From Octopus vulgaris (taxonomy: Eukaryota), in contig OX597826.1 of assembly GCA_951406725.2 (NCBI GenBank), positions 52,328,001-52,392,000 of the forward strand: DNA of 64,000 nucleotides, read 5' to 3'. The notes under the pieces were generated by a model. The model worked only from the letters and a program-made list of their open reading frames with translations, was not told where the DNA came from and ran no database searches. Positions 43,255 through 56,859 of the stretch are shown here, piece after piece. Position 1 is the first letter of the stretch. Each line of letters starts with the position of its first letter. The translations under genes were made by a program, and so were the position numbers.

Positions 43255-43420
43255 TCTTTCGTCTGTCTTTACGTTCTGAGTTCAAATTCCGCCGAGGTCA
43301 ACTTTGCCTTTCATACTTTCGGGGTTGATAAACCAAGTACCAGTTGCGTACTGGGGTAGATCTAATCGACTGACCTTTCCCCCAAGATTTCGTGCCTTGT
43401 GCATAGAGTAGAAAAGAATG
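43255..43420 (+). mobile_element. SINE family A variant, 5' truncated
   Basis: Same core, alternative tail cttgtgcatagagtagaaaaga. Confidence 0.8.
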
Positions 43421-45215
43421 TTATTTTGGTTCCACAAGCTTAATTATAATTTAATTCGTATTTATGCACACTATCACCCCGAAAACTTTTTACCCGACCG
43501 AATTGTCTAGAAGTTGGTGTACATTAGTAGGTACTTTAATTCGTGATAAACCAAAAGTTACTACTGGAAATAGTACATTACCTCCACTTGCTATCAGTAC
43601 AGTCCAATGAAAAATAAAATACAAAATCTTCCTGCTTCAAAATATCTGGAAAGGAGGACACTCTTCTCTGAATGGTATTTTACGTTCTCTCGTAAGCTTG
43701 TGTATTCTGACATCAATCGTCTGTATAATAGCACAGCAACATAACACTCGAAGTACTGAACGGTTCTCTCAACAGATTAGCGGAAGTGGGAACCATAGAA
43801 TTCTTCACACAGACAAATACAATGCAAAATAATTAAACCCTTGAAGTGTATAATGCAAGCTTAGAGCAGACCACCGTGAATAATCAACAGGATACAAACA
43901 CGAATTCTTACAAACATTTAGATATAAAGATATCAGATACATTTTAATCTGTTGTTCTACGAAGAGAATATCGGCAACAAAATAAGAAGCAATCTGGGCA
44001 GTTGAGAGAGTCTTACTAGAGTGATATGTGAAATCCACATCCTGTGGTAGTTTTCCGACCCTCAAAATAATAAAAGATATCTAAACAGAATTTAATTTTG
44101 CTCACATACCACTCTGTACCATTTGACAAAGATCAATCGTTGTGCCAGCTTGTGTAGAATGATATTCATTTTGGAACACGAAAGTTCTTTTTGGTCCACA
44201 GGTGAAAAAAATTATAGCTGCATGAGGCCGTTAAAATACTGACAAAACTACAATAGTAGAGATGTTTCTGTACCAAAACTACTTGCAACGCCAGTTTACG
44301 CAAAAATTAGAAGTGAAAATCTGCGTAACGTTTGCGGTTTTAGACATTAGAGTGACACTTCATGAGACTTGCACTTGCATCAAAGGTGCGCTCTTACATT
44401 GTGTGTCTTCCAGACATTGTTTTTTTTGTTACTTAAATAAATAAAAAATAAAATAAAAAGTAAATAATCGTATGGTTAGAGGATGAATAATTTGTGTGTA
44501 TGTATACACACATTTGTGTATGTGCACTTATTAAGAAATTGATAGATAGATAGATAGATAGAAAGAAAGAAAAACGTTCGATATCTGTTCCCGATGTTCA
44601 TTACATGAGATGTGTGCGGGGAAAAGCAAAATAAATTCGTCAAGGTATGTTCATTTATGTAGCGATTTATACGTTAACATACCTGATTAAATGACTAAGC
44701 ATCTAAGATGTGGTGTTGCTAAGAAGATTATCGCTTTCTGAGCTATTAACTTCATTTATAGAAATGGAATCCATAATTGCATTTTCAAATGCAGAGGAGT
44801 GGCATAAACTATAGAACAGCAGAAATGTCTGAAGTATTTTGTTTCACTCTTTTAATTTCTGAGTTGAAATGTCCCTGAAGTCATCTTTGCTTTTCCTCGC
44901 TATTGAGATCCTTAAAATAAATATCCTTCAAATGCATGTGTCGATAGGCTGCCCAATACCACACCCATAAATAGTGGGGGCTTTGTGTCAACAAGATGTT
45001 TTCATTTAGTCTTTACGTTTAGATCAGTTTGATATCCAACGGCAACAGTTACTTGGATGTGTACAGAAGAAGGTAAATTCGATGACCTATTTTTAACGAT
45101 GAGGTCAATAACTCTCTTCATTCACTTACACATTTTATACACACACACACACACACGCACGCGCACAGGTTTGGGAGAGCAAACAGGATATATAGAACTC
45201 AATGAAGATACACAC

Positions 45216-45250
45216 GCACTTGATAAGTGTTATGCACGAAACTCTCAGCT
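45216..45250 (+). ncRNA. Partial U3-A8 hammerhead core
   Basis: gcac-TTGATAA-gtg(ttatg)cac-GAAAC; stem III and stem I 3' strand not intact. Confidence 0.4.
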
Positions 45251-45438
45251 TTGCCGTTACTCTTGTCGCTTTCTTCCTGTTAAAAATAGTATACACACAT
45301 CTACAAGCACACGCACGCACACACACATACACACATAAAAACAGAATTTTTATGTTGCTTATTTAGAGTGCCTCCTACAGTGGTGGGCGGTTCATCTGTT
45401 TATGTTGCCACTTTTCAATGTCAGTTATTAAAACTTAC

Positions 45439-45654
45439 ATCCAAAAAACACCCCAAGATTGTCTTCTCGGTATCATAAATATATTCACCAATTCCTGAAT
45501 AGCTTGTTTCTTTTCTCATCAAGTTTTCAACGGTCTCCTACCACGACTTCTAATCTGGCTAAACTTTGGTAGATTAGCTTTAATGAAGAATCGTCGAAGT
45601 GTGGTGTTACATTTGAACATAGCTCCAATATACTGTATAGGTTCTCGTAATTTT
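45439..45654 (-). other. Candidate non-coding (5' UTR) exon
   Basis: Unique sequence bounded by ttatttcAG and GTAAGT on the minus strand; stops in all three frames. Link to the 35 kb gene is inference. Confidence 0.25.
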
Positions 45655-48388
45655 CTGAAATAAACCCAAAGAACTCGAATATATTACAGAGAAATATTTG
45701 TTTTCTTTATTTCCTGTTTCCGTTTTGTGTTTTCCGTTAACTTTTAGACTTCACATATTCTCGCCTGTATTTTTTCATATTATCTTTCAGACAGGTTTGA
45801 AACAAATTTATTTAAAGCAACAATTATGAGCAGTAGAAAAAGAACGGACAATATCCGTGAATAAATTAAATTTCAGTCGTGAAATGATAATAAACTTCAA
45901 CGCATTGTTTGTTTATTGCCTCCTTGATATGTGAATTTCAACATAATTTGTACTTAATTTGCAAGTGGTCTAGGCATCGTGGGAAACATGAAACTGTTAG
46001 TACACTGTAATGATTAATTCTTCTGTGGTTCTATCGCCAGTTAACTGGTCAGATACAAAGCTCTCTGCATTGTCCGGTTTCCCTTCATTTTGCATCGATC
46101 TCCCTTTCACACATCTGCTAGGGTCCACTGAGAGAATGAATTTAAAGGCCTTGAATGAGAATTTTTCTATTTTTCCAAAACCCACAGAGATATCGTTTCA
46201 ATTCTTTAGATTTTAGTATGACCTTTACTGAACAAAAACTTCTCTCTGTTTCCAAGAATCGTACAAAAGAAGTATATGTCAAAGGTGTTATATTTCCTTC
46301 TCGTCTGGGTCTCAGTAGCCACACTTCACTATTGCAGATCAGCATGGAAAGAACACTTAATTAATAGAATATCTGCTTTCTTCTAAGAGAGGGAATTTCT
46401 TGCTGCTTGTAATTATACTTAATTGGTTCAGTGCTGCTTTTTCAGTCAATGATTAAATTTCATTGTGGTTAGTTGAGTGTGCTCAAATAGGTAAAGTTTT
46501 CTACATCTTCACACACTATTTCGTCTATGAGAACGTCTAATAGGATCGAATTTTGCTTGCGAGGGATTTTATTATTAATTTGGTGGTGGTGGTTGGAATG
46601 AGTAGTCACGGTATGTGGCATCAATTAAATTGATGCCAGTAATTTGACGAGGGATTATTTCATCGACCCCTGAAGGAATTACAAAGTAAACCGCTCCCTA
46701 ATACGATTCGAATGTAAAATGTAAAAAGAAGATAAAAACAAATACCATAAGAAATTTTGTCTGATGTTCTACCTATTCGGTCAGTTCACAATGATGATAG
46801 ACTCTCAAATCGACTTGCCTTGATGAAAAACTCTTATATCGGTTTTCATAGTCACACGCCAAGGGCGTTCTATAGATTAGACAACTTGTTCATTGAGTTA
46901 GCGTGTGAAGTGGCTGAGTTTTCTACAGATGCGTGACAAAGCCGGATTTTTGAATTACATGTACATTTGATCTGTCGGGCTTTCACACAGTTTCCTTCTA
47001 CTTAAATTCACTCACAAGGCCTGGACTTGGCAAAGCTATGGTAAAAGCATCTGCGTAATGTACTACGCAGTGGGATCGAATCCGGGATCTGACGGTTCCA
47101 AAGTTAACTTGTTAACCACTTGGCCATGCCTGCATCTATAGCTACTTAAAACAATATTCGAAGCAACAAAGAAATCGGGCAAAATTGTTTAGTAACTGCC
47201 AATAATTCTGCTCAACATAGATTGATATCAAATGTCATTGCATCTCAGTCAAACGGTTCATTAATCAAACGAATCGGAAATGGAATTATAGTTACGAGTG
47301 AGGCAAAAAATCAAAACATAAGGAAAAGGAGTTTTAAAGAAGAGACACATAACGTGGATAAGATGCATCAAAACATAAAGTTGTAGAGACAGATGTGCGA
47401 ACGCACAAAACGAGTCACTTGACCTAGACACTGGAAGTTTGGTGTAATATTAAATCAGAAAGCAGAAACCTAAACGGAGACATAAGAAATGTTATTAAGA
47501 ATTAACCAACTCAGCGGCAATTTAGAACAAGATAATAATAAATCATAAAATAGAGTTGGCTGATGGATCACCTAACGTGATAAGTAAATGTGATGTGTAA
47601 GATGAACGATTGAGCTATTGACACCCAGAAAAGAAAGTATGTATGCATCTATTTATACATACATGGATATGTTCGAAGCATCTATCCGGGTTTTTTTTTT
47701 GTGTGCTTGTGCATAGTATATGCATAGTTGTGGTTTAATTTTTTTCTCTGTAAGAAACAAAAGATGAGTAGTTGTTTTATATATAGCTTTGCTGGTGCTA
47801 TTTTATTTCTCTGTAGGGAAAAAAATGAGATTCTTTAGAATGTAATAACCCAACAGACAAACGGTACTATAATGATAGAAAGTGCTAATCAGGGCAAGTT
47901 CAAATTTACGAATGAAGAATTACATGACTTATAAAAGGAAGTCGTAATCTTATCGTTACTTTCATATTTTCTCAGTGATCGAAATTAATGCTGTGGGATT
48001 TACCAACGAAGTATTAGTCAAACTTAAGATTCTGCTGCAGTGTAACGTAGCCAGGTTTTGAGGGTGGAGACTCTCAGACTATAAAACAGACAGAATAGGT
48101 CTGAAGGGAAACGAATCAGCTGTTTCTTTGTTATTGCCCAGTACTGTAGTAGCTAAAACATCAGTGAACCCGGCTACAGTTAGACTATGCTACTAAAACA
48201 ACTTACATATTCGTATCAATGAATATCAGGATCATCCACAATACTGTATTTTTTTTTTATCATGATGTCCATTCTTCTATAATGATCGCAAATCTGATTT
48301 CCATTCCAGTCAACATTTCATTTACGTTTCAAAAGACCTTAGAAAAGTATAGCCGTCACAAATGACATTTTTTCAATTATGTTGTGAT

Positions 48389-48462
48389 GTATAATTCTGA
48401 TGAGGAAAGGTAAAGTAATTAACTTTGTTAAAGGCCGCTCATTCCCAGAAATATTTATATAC
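48389..48462 (+). ncRNA. Solo hammerhead-like motif with long stem II insert
   Basis: gtataatt-CTGATGA-ggaa...ttccca-GAAA-TATT-tatatac; imperfect stems. Confidence 0.45.
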
Positions 48463-48919
48463 TAATATATGCTTTTTTGCTACACTGAATAATGAAATCG
48501 GGAAGAACTGAAAAACAGAGGTATGACGAAACTTAAACTAAGGTCATGTTGAGCTGTTCAAGAGCAGCAATATTCTGAAACATAATCATTGAATAAGTAA
48601 GTTTTGATCTGTTGTTGATAAATGCTACCATGATATTCATTCTGTGTTGGAAGGGTATGGAAATTGCCCTTCTCGCACTTATAAATGTCTTCTTTATCAA
48701 AAGAAAATAATTACTGTCTGGTAGGGAAAATGATTTCTTGAGTCTTATTATTTTAAATTCAACGCAACCATACCGCAACTATAGTTAAAATAGTTCTGAA
48801 GAATCTTGTTTAATGGTTTTCAAAATTCGTCTATAACCTTTAATTACTAACTATCACATTCTAAATATTATACTCGCTCTGACAAGATCCATGACGAGGT
48901 ACAACAAGTGACTACATTG

Positions 48920-48959
<40 letters not shown>

Positions 48960-50364
48960 AATCATCATCATGTAGTAGCAGCAGCAGTAGCAACAGCAAG
49001 GCGAATGTTAATAAAAAGTGAAGTCGGAAGGTGCTGCAAGAATCAACAGCAAGCTTCACTACAGATGATGTTATCCAATCAGTGTAAGCTACTTACTGAA
49101 TAAGAATATCTCTTTAATGTCTTCTATTAATGCTGGAGGCAATCTAGTTGGAATGTGTAAAACGCGAGAGATGTTTAAATATAAGGCTATACTCTGCTAT
49201 TAACCAAGGCTTATTCAATTTTATCTTTATCCACCTAGATCATTAATTGTTACTTAGATATGAAACCTGAAAGTTAAAGGACATGCTCATCAGCTGAATA
49301 ACTTAAATGTTCTAGGTAAAATGGTTTCTTATATTTTTTCTTATATTAGAAGACAAAATAATGAACGACTAGAAGACATAAAAAGCATTTAGCCCAGTAT
49401 GTAACTGACTCCACCACACTGAAGATTTTATTGCTCGGTTTCAACCCGAAAAATGTGAGCTAAGTTCATCTGCCGAAAGTAGTTCACTGGCCAAATTAAC
49501 ATTTGTTTACCATCTCTACGTTTATGATTTTTAAAATATAGTGAACAATGGCGGTGCCCCAGCATAGCCACAGCTCGTGAGCTGAAACTAGATAAAATGA
49601 AAAATGAAATGATTAAGAATAGGAGACACTGATGTAATAACATAATCTCTCTTCTTGAAGAATATATATCTGTATTAATTCATTGTGCTTTCATTAAGCT
49701 CCTATGACAGAAAACCTACTGATAGATCTAAAAAAAAATGGACATATTGTAATTATAATCTATATCGTCAGAAATAATGAGACTCATTGGGATATATTTA
49801 AACATATCAAATCAATAAAAGCTCGTTGTCATAGTTAAATATCATACACCATCGTGTATGATGTTTCCTTATATGGACCGTAATAGATCATGAGATCATC
49901 AACGAAGACTACCTTTTTACAAATTATCGAGGAGAATCCACTCCTTTGTAGTTTATTGATTCGTTTCAAATCATAAATACGAAGGAAATGTGAAGCAAAA
50001 GAGCTCTGTCTGAAATATAAAAATATAACACAATTTCGGGTCCTATTATTTGCTTTATAAAGTTGAGTGATTTCTGTATGAAAGTAATATGTATATTTGA
50101 TTAGCTATATGGTATATGTTATCTAAAAAATAATGCCGTCGAATGAAGAATTTCAATTTACTACAGTTGTTTGTTCGAGAAATAGATTATAACAGAATAC
50201 ATAGTTGAAATGAGGTAGATGTATAATTCTGATCGTCTCAATATCGTATGTCAAAAAGTTAACTTCTTGAAAGAAGATGATCTCCGATCTATACCTGAAT
50301 TTGAAATCAATATTACAAACTAACAAACATTGGTTTACTATAAAGAGAACAGCAGAATCTAAGA

Positions 50365-50545
50365 CAGAGGTTCTCAACCATTTTTGCCTTTGAACCCGTT
50401 CGACATCTATTTTATTCTACTGGACTTTCATAGCCATTCAGTGTTTTAAAGAAATCCCATCATATTTTTGTAATAAAATATTATTAGAAATTGTATAAAA
50501 AAGTTTGTTAAAATATTTTGTGCATATGGATCCCGGTTGAGAATT
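50365..50545. mobile_element. hAT-type MITE remnant
   Basis: cagaggttctcaacc ... ggttgagaa partial TIR pair. Confidence 0.4.
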
Positions 50546-51545
50546 TAAGACGACTTGTAGTCTGTGTTAAGAAAGTAACTATTATACTTTCTATTGGTTA
50601 AGTATGCTATGACTGTTGATCACAAAGGAGAGCTGTGCTTACTGATGGAACATAATTACAAATAGGTTTGTCCGACTGATGTGTCATGAACAAAGACAAA
50701 AAGTAACATCATTACTTGGGTTAGCAATTGATGACAGCTGCAAAATTTTATTGCCATATCAACGTGACACGTTGCAACTACTGATAATTATAGATGCATG
50801 TATAAAAGAAGCATATTTGAAAACAATGTTTGCTTGTAGGTTATTGAACTTACGAAGTTCAATTCAAACATTTAAAGTTTATGCTAGAAAAGTTGTTTGA
50901 CAAGAAAATCATCCTCTGAAGTTGACTCATTAAAGAAGGTTCTTTAAATATTGTGTGATAATAAAAACTATTTATGTTGTTTAGCTATAAAATTATTTGA
51001 TTGGCGAAGGTATTTCATCACCTCAATGAACCCACCTCTAAACAAATGCTTTCATTGTTTTTTTAACCGTAGGTCAGCCTGTACCAAGTAGATTTAAGGT
51101 CATAGGCATTACAGCCATTAATCCTTATGCGTTTTTGTCAGTCAGTTATAATCTATATAATTAATACGCATCATATGTATATTAATACACTAATAGGTTA
51201 AAAAAAAAACTTTTAAAAGTGTACGTACGTATTTAGTTCGTTGAAGCCAAGATATTTCTAATTATGAAATGGGTTTTCAACGCTACATGTAGTATAACAA
51301 ATAATGTAGCAAAGACCTGTATTGGGACAAAACATAATTCCCCATATGAAGGAAAATTTTGGTAAAATGGGGTATTAAGAAAATGTAAACAATTAAGCCG
51401 AATTAAAGAGAAGATAAATGTTAATACATTATTCAAATCTATAGAATATGATACACACAAAAAATTTTCTTATACATGCCCACACACTCAGATGAGTTTC
51501 TGATTTCTAGTTTCTTAAACACCTATTATATATATATACATATAT

Positions 51546-54392
51546 GGGGTAAGCTTAGCTTACCCTATGGGTAGGTAGCAGCCCTTTAACCTTGGTTGGT
51601 AATCTACCTAGGAGAAGGAAATCTCTGAAATAAAACCTGAGGCCCTGGAAGTTCCTGGTTTTGTCAATTTTCATGCCACACCGGCGAAATTCTTCTTGGG
51701 CCAATAGGTGGGGGTATTGCCGTGCAAGCTACACCCACTGAAAATTATCCATCTGCACAGGTACTTCCTGTACACCAAATCTTAGTAATATCATTGAATT
51801 GGTTGGTTGGCAGAAACCTAAAAATGCACATGTAACTTACTCTAAAGTGTCTCAAACAGATTCAGTAAATGGCAAAAAAGGCTTGGGAACGTCAGGTCTG
51901 GCTCGGCAGGTGTCCCAGTATATTACAGACCTGTCCCGGACGTCATTCTGCCGCTGTGGTCAAATAATTTTCAAGATGTAAAAATAGACATCCTCTGAAT
52001 TTTGGCTGTTAGTAATATGCGCACACTTCTTGATGATAATTTCAACAAGAGGCCCAGAAAGATGTACTTCACTTATTGCATGCGAGCTTAAGAAATATTC
52101 CCTTTATATGGTTGCGCTCTCTGAAACTTGTCTCTCTGGTGAGGGTCAAGTAAATGAACCTACTTATGGATACACTATCTTTTGGAGAGGATTACCTAAG
52201 GGTCAGCGTAGAGAATCTGGTATTGCGTTTGCTCTCAAGAATAGTATCCTCCATTGCAGTGCTTCCAAGTGGTATATCTGAACGGACCATGCCATGCCGT
52301 ATTAAACTGACAAAAGGTAGGTTTCTTACCATTGTCAGTATTTATGCACCAACAATGTCCCATTCTGATGAAACTGTAGGACAGTTTTATGATGATCTAG
52401 CACAATTATTGAAGAAAGTACCAATTTCTGACAAGCAGGTCATATTTGGAGATTTCAATGCAAGAACTGGAAAGGATTACGTTTCATGGCCTATTTTAGG
52501 TCGAGATAGGATTGAAAAATATAATGAAAATGGAGTAGCGCTTTTGACATTTTGTGCTGAGAAAAATCTGGTTGTCAACAACACTCTGTTTAAGCAGAAA
52601 AATAAATATAAAACTACCTGGATGCACCCAAGATCTAAGCACTAGCATCTCACAGATTATATTTTGATCAGAAAACGTGATATGAAAGACGTTTCTAGCT
52701 TTCGGGCCATGTGTGGAAAAATAGATTTTTCGATAACGCTCAAAAATCAACAGTCTGGTCCTAAGGTATCCAAAAAGGTAAATGTTGCAAGCTTTAAATT
52801 ATCAAGTAACTTGCTAAGATTCCAATATGCTATAGAAAGTATCAGACTTGACCCAAACAATCTATGAGAAGATTTCAAAACAAAAGTATTTCAAGTATTT
52901 CAGGCTGCAATCACGCAAGTCTAGTGACTGGCTCTCAGATAGATCAACAGAAATTCATGATCTACTTTTAGAAAAACAAAACGTAGGCAATACACTTCTT
53001 CCTCAGTCCTTGAAGCCCAACTCAAACGAAGCTTACAGAAAGCTGAAAAAGAAAGTGCAGACTGCTCTAAGGAAAATTAAACAGGAATGGTGGAATGATA
53101 GAGCAAAAGGGGCACATGAAGCAGCTCATACTTTTATGTTAAGGAGGTATATGGCCGAAAATCTTCTTTAATAGCTCCAGTGACAACAGCAAATAGACGT
53201 TTGCTTCTGACTGACACCGCTTCTATTCATAAGTGCTAGGTAGAACATTTTTCTGCACTTTTGAATATACCATCATCCACTGACATGAGGACGATAGAAA
53301 AAATCGAACACCTTCCAGTTACAGAAGAGATGTCATTTGAACCAACTCTAGATGACATTTATTTAGCTGTGAATAAGCTGAATAACAATAAGTCTCCAGA
53401 GTCTGATGGAATCTGTGCAGAAGACTTGAAATATAGGAATGACAAAATGTTTGAACTTTTAAATATATTAATTTGTTACTGTTGGAGAACTAAGAAAGTG
53501 CCCCAAGACTGGATTGATGTTATTTTAGTCTTCTTGTATAAATCGGGGCCAAAGAATCTGCGTGGTAATTTTCGTGGGATTTCGCTTTTGTCTGTTGTCG
53601 GAAAGGTACTTGCCCGTATTTTTTTAGAAGGTTTAAATACCTTCAGAGTTCCAAATATAGTGTCTAAGTCTCAGTGTGGTTTTCGTTCCTCCAGGGGCAC
53701 AGATGGTTGTATCTTTACTATCAGACAATTACAAGGAAAGTGCATTGAACAGAATCGTGCTCTATACCATTGCTGTGATTATTTGAGGAAAGCATTCGAT
53801 ACTGTTATTCGAAATGCTCTGTGGCTGATTCTAAGGAAAATATGTTACCCAGAAAAATTTGTAATCATGAACTGGGCTTTGCACCAAGATATGAAAGCTA
53901 GAATTAACTTTGGTGGTAGGCTCTCTGAATCTTTTGCCGTGGAAAATGAAATAAAGCAAGGAGACCTTGATGCACCCACCCTCTTTGCAATATACTTTGT
54001 TGTTGTGTTGTCATATGCTTTTCAAAACTCTGAGGTGGGTATTTACATAAAATATTGAACAATTGGGAATGTTTTTAATCTGACTAGACTGAAATTCAAA
54101 ACGAAGGTTTTTACTCAACTCATTTGGGAACTTTTATACGATGACGATTGCGATCTTGTCATTCATTCTGAAACAGGTCTGCAATCTCTTGTATCTGCAT
54201 TTGACTCAGCTTGTGATGATTTTGGCTTGGTTAATGCATCAACCTGCGTATGTTGCTGTTTATAACCCTGCTAAAATCTTTGTTAAGGGTAAGTTACTTG
54301 AGGTTGTCGATTCGTTCATCTACCCTAGAAGTTCTGTACAAAATGATAGAAATCTTGATACAGAAATACAGCTGCGAACTCAGGGCAGCAAA
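51546..54392 (+). mobile_element. RTE-clade LINE (APE endonuclease + RT), 5' end retained, 3' truncated, pseudogenised
   Basis: APE motifs ALSET, GYTIFW, SIYAPT, GDFNAR, TWMHPRSKH; RT motifs NFRGISLLSVVGKVLARI, SQCGFR, KAFD, KQG..PTLF and ELLYDDD (YADD) at ~54128; many stops and frameshifts. Confidence 0.95.
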
Positions 54393-55296
54393 AGCATTTA
54401 GTGGCATCATGATGTTATCAAATAACTGCAAAAAAGGAGGTTTATCCCCCAACGACGATCATGCTGACATTGATCGTGTTCAACACATGGGGATGGAAGA
54501 CAGGAGGACAGGCGATCGACAATGAATCAAATAGCCAATGCTATTAGCATTTCCCGTGTGAGTTGATAATATTCTGCACAATGAACTTGGCCTGACGATG
54601 GTTTATGCTCGATGGATGTCATGTCTTCTGACACCTGATCAAAAGCGTACCAGGCTGATCACATTACGAGAAAATCTGACATTGTTTCAGGTAAATTCAG
54701 GTAGTTTCCTTGAACTCTTCCTAAGCCAGGATAAGTGTTGGGTTTATCACTTGAACCAGAGACAAAGAGATAATCCATGTAGTGGAAACATCCCTCTTCA
54801 CCTCTCCCAAGATCGTCGCACCTGCTGGGAAGGTGATGGCCTCAGTTTTTTTTGGATTTAAAAGGCATTGTATTTATTGACTATCTTCAAAAGAGCCATG
54901 CCATCAATAGAGAAATGCTATCCAGATCAAACGGCCGGAAAATCATCAGGACAATATTCCAGGACAAAAGTCATTGGTTTCAATGGCTGCTGTGCGTGAT
55001 TTTGGCCTTGAACTGGTTGATCAGGCTCCACATTCTCCAGACTTGGCCCTCATCTGACTATGATCTGTACCCCATCGTGAAGAAACCAGTACCGCAGCAA
55101 TGATGATATATTTGCTGTTGATGGCTCTTTTCAACCTGCACGACGGAAGCGTGTTCACCAATGGCATACAGGCACTGCAACACCGATGAAAAAATTTTGT
55201 GGACCGCACGAGGTATTATGTTGAAAAATTAGCTTCATTTGGTGACATTCCATGTGAGTATCTTGGTCATCCTATGAACTTTTCAGCCGACCCTCC
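54393..55296 (+). mobile_element. Second mariner copy, degenerate, right TIR only
   Basis: ARWMSCLLTPDQKR (WVPxxL-like), KGIVFIDYL, PHSPDLA..SDY; TIR cctatgaacttttcagccgaccctc followed by TA. Confidence 0.88.
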
Positions 55297-55416
55297 TACG
55301 TATGTATGTATATGTATGTGCGTGTATGTATAATTTCAGAAGTTGCCTGTACCTTTGTGAAATTAAACAAATTATGTTATTTAACTGTCATATTCTAGTT
55401 GTTGTTATTATTTAGC

Positions 55417-55628
55417 TTGGCGGCGAGGTGGCAGAAACGTTAGCACGCCGGGCGAAATTTCTTAGCAGTATTTGGTTTGTCTTTATGTTCAAATGCCACT
55501 GAGGTTGACATTGCCTTTTATCCTTTCGGCGTCGATAAATTAAGTACCAGTTGCGTACTGGGGTCGCACTAATCCACTGGCCCCTCCCCAAAAATTTCGG
55601 GGCCTTATGCCTAGAGTAGAAAAGATTA
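55417..55628 (+). mobile_element. SINE family A variant
   Basis: Head ggcggcgaggtggcagaaacgttagcacgccggg plus core. Confidence 0.85.
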
Positions 55629-55809
55629 TTTAACTTCAGGTCAGCGTGATCCTTTTCTGTTTTTATTCAATTATCGTGCATCAAATACAACAATATCTAA
55701 TATGGTATCAGATATAATCACTTTTAAAATGGTAGGTTGCAATGGAAGGAAATTTATGTGATTTCTATAGGGCCAAACGATCACCATAGAAGCTCTTTGT
55801 TGGCATAAT

Positions 55810-56316
55810 ACAGCAAAGAAGATTTAAAGTAGGAAAATGGTACGACCATCAACCAGAAAGTGTAATTAAAAACGGATAATAGAAGATTTTATCGGATTTT
55901 AACATGCGGACTGATCTCAAAATTCATACTTGGAGATCCGATATTATGGTTCTTGATAAAGTAAGAAAGGAGTGCACAGTCATAGATGTGGCTATACCTG
56001 AGGACATGAATAAAGAAGTTAAAGAACAGGAGAAAATAGGAAAATACCAGGATTTGGCTAGGGAAATATGACGACGGTGGAAAATTTCTACAAAAGTCAT
56101 CCCCGCTGTTATAGGTACCGCCACCAACAGAATTAATAGCCCCCTTGTTGAGATTGCTCTAACTATAAGAGTTGCATTTACGCATTAATACAGAAATCAG
56201 CTCTATTGTAAGAAAGGTCCTCGATATTTAAGGAAACTTGACGCGACTTGGTATCAAGGAGGTTGATTCCGGATGTAAAACATTCGTGTACAGCATGAAT
56301 AATAATGGTAAAAATT

Positions 56317-56370
<54 letters not shown>

Positions 56371-56396
56371 ATAATAATAATAATAATAATAATAAT
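55810..56396 (+). mobile_element. 3' end of an R4/Dong-type non-LTR element (restriction-like endonuclease) with (TAC)n(TAA)n tail
   Basis: Plus strand translates WYDHQPESV..DFNMRTD..RSDIMVLDK..CTVIDVAIP..EKIGKYQDLAREI*RRW..KVIPAVIG. Confidence 0.88.
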
Positions 56397-56859
56397 GTGT
56401 TACACTGGGATCTCCATTAAAAAAACAAATCTAATATAATAACATCGGTCGAATGGAATAAAGGAACCTGTGGAAGACTTGGAGGAAGCGGCCTTTTAAC
56501 GAAAATAATCGCAAAAATGAAATTTTACTGCCATACAAAGCACAATTTCTCCCATGAACGTTGTCTCAGTGAAACATGTACGAAAGACACACACGAAATC
56601 AACATCGGAAAGTTTACAAATCATAAAATATAAGTGGAACAAAACAGCAAGTACGTAACTTGATTAATTACACGTACACTCGAATGTCTACGCAATGATA
56701 TATACATTTTAATAGCCATAGGACTACATATACATCCCAATGTTTACACAACTTCGTGAAATTTTACAAAGTAAAAATATAACAAAACAATTTTTTGATT
56801 TTTTGATTTAACACAGACAGAGTGAACAATTCATAAGTTTAAAAACACCACAAAAAACT

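Noticed and set aside
45997-46364. Overlapping short ORFs on both strands
   Set aside because: No motif and no clear splice frame.
48868-49059. Poly-L/poly-D peptide resembling a secreted acidic protein
   Set aside because: Product of (CAT)n and (CAG)n microsatellites.
49550-49600. Hairpin followed by GAAAC as a hammerhead
   Set aside because: No CTGANGA-type core or stem I; it is the SINE/LINE 3' tail hairpin.
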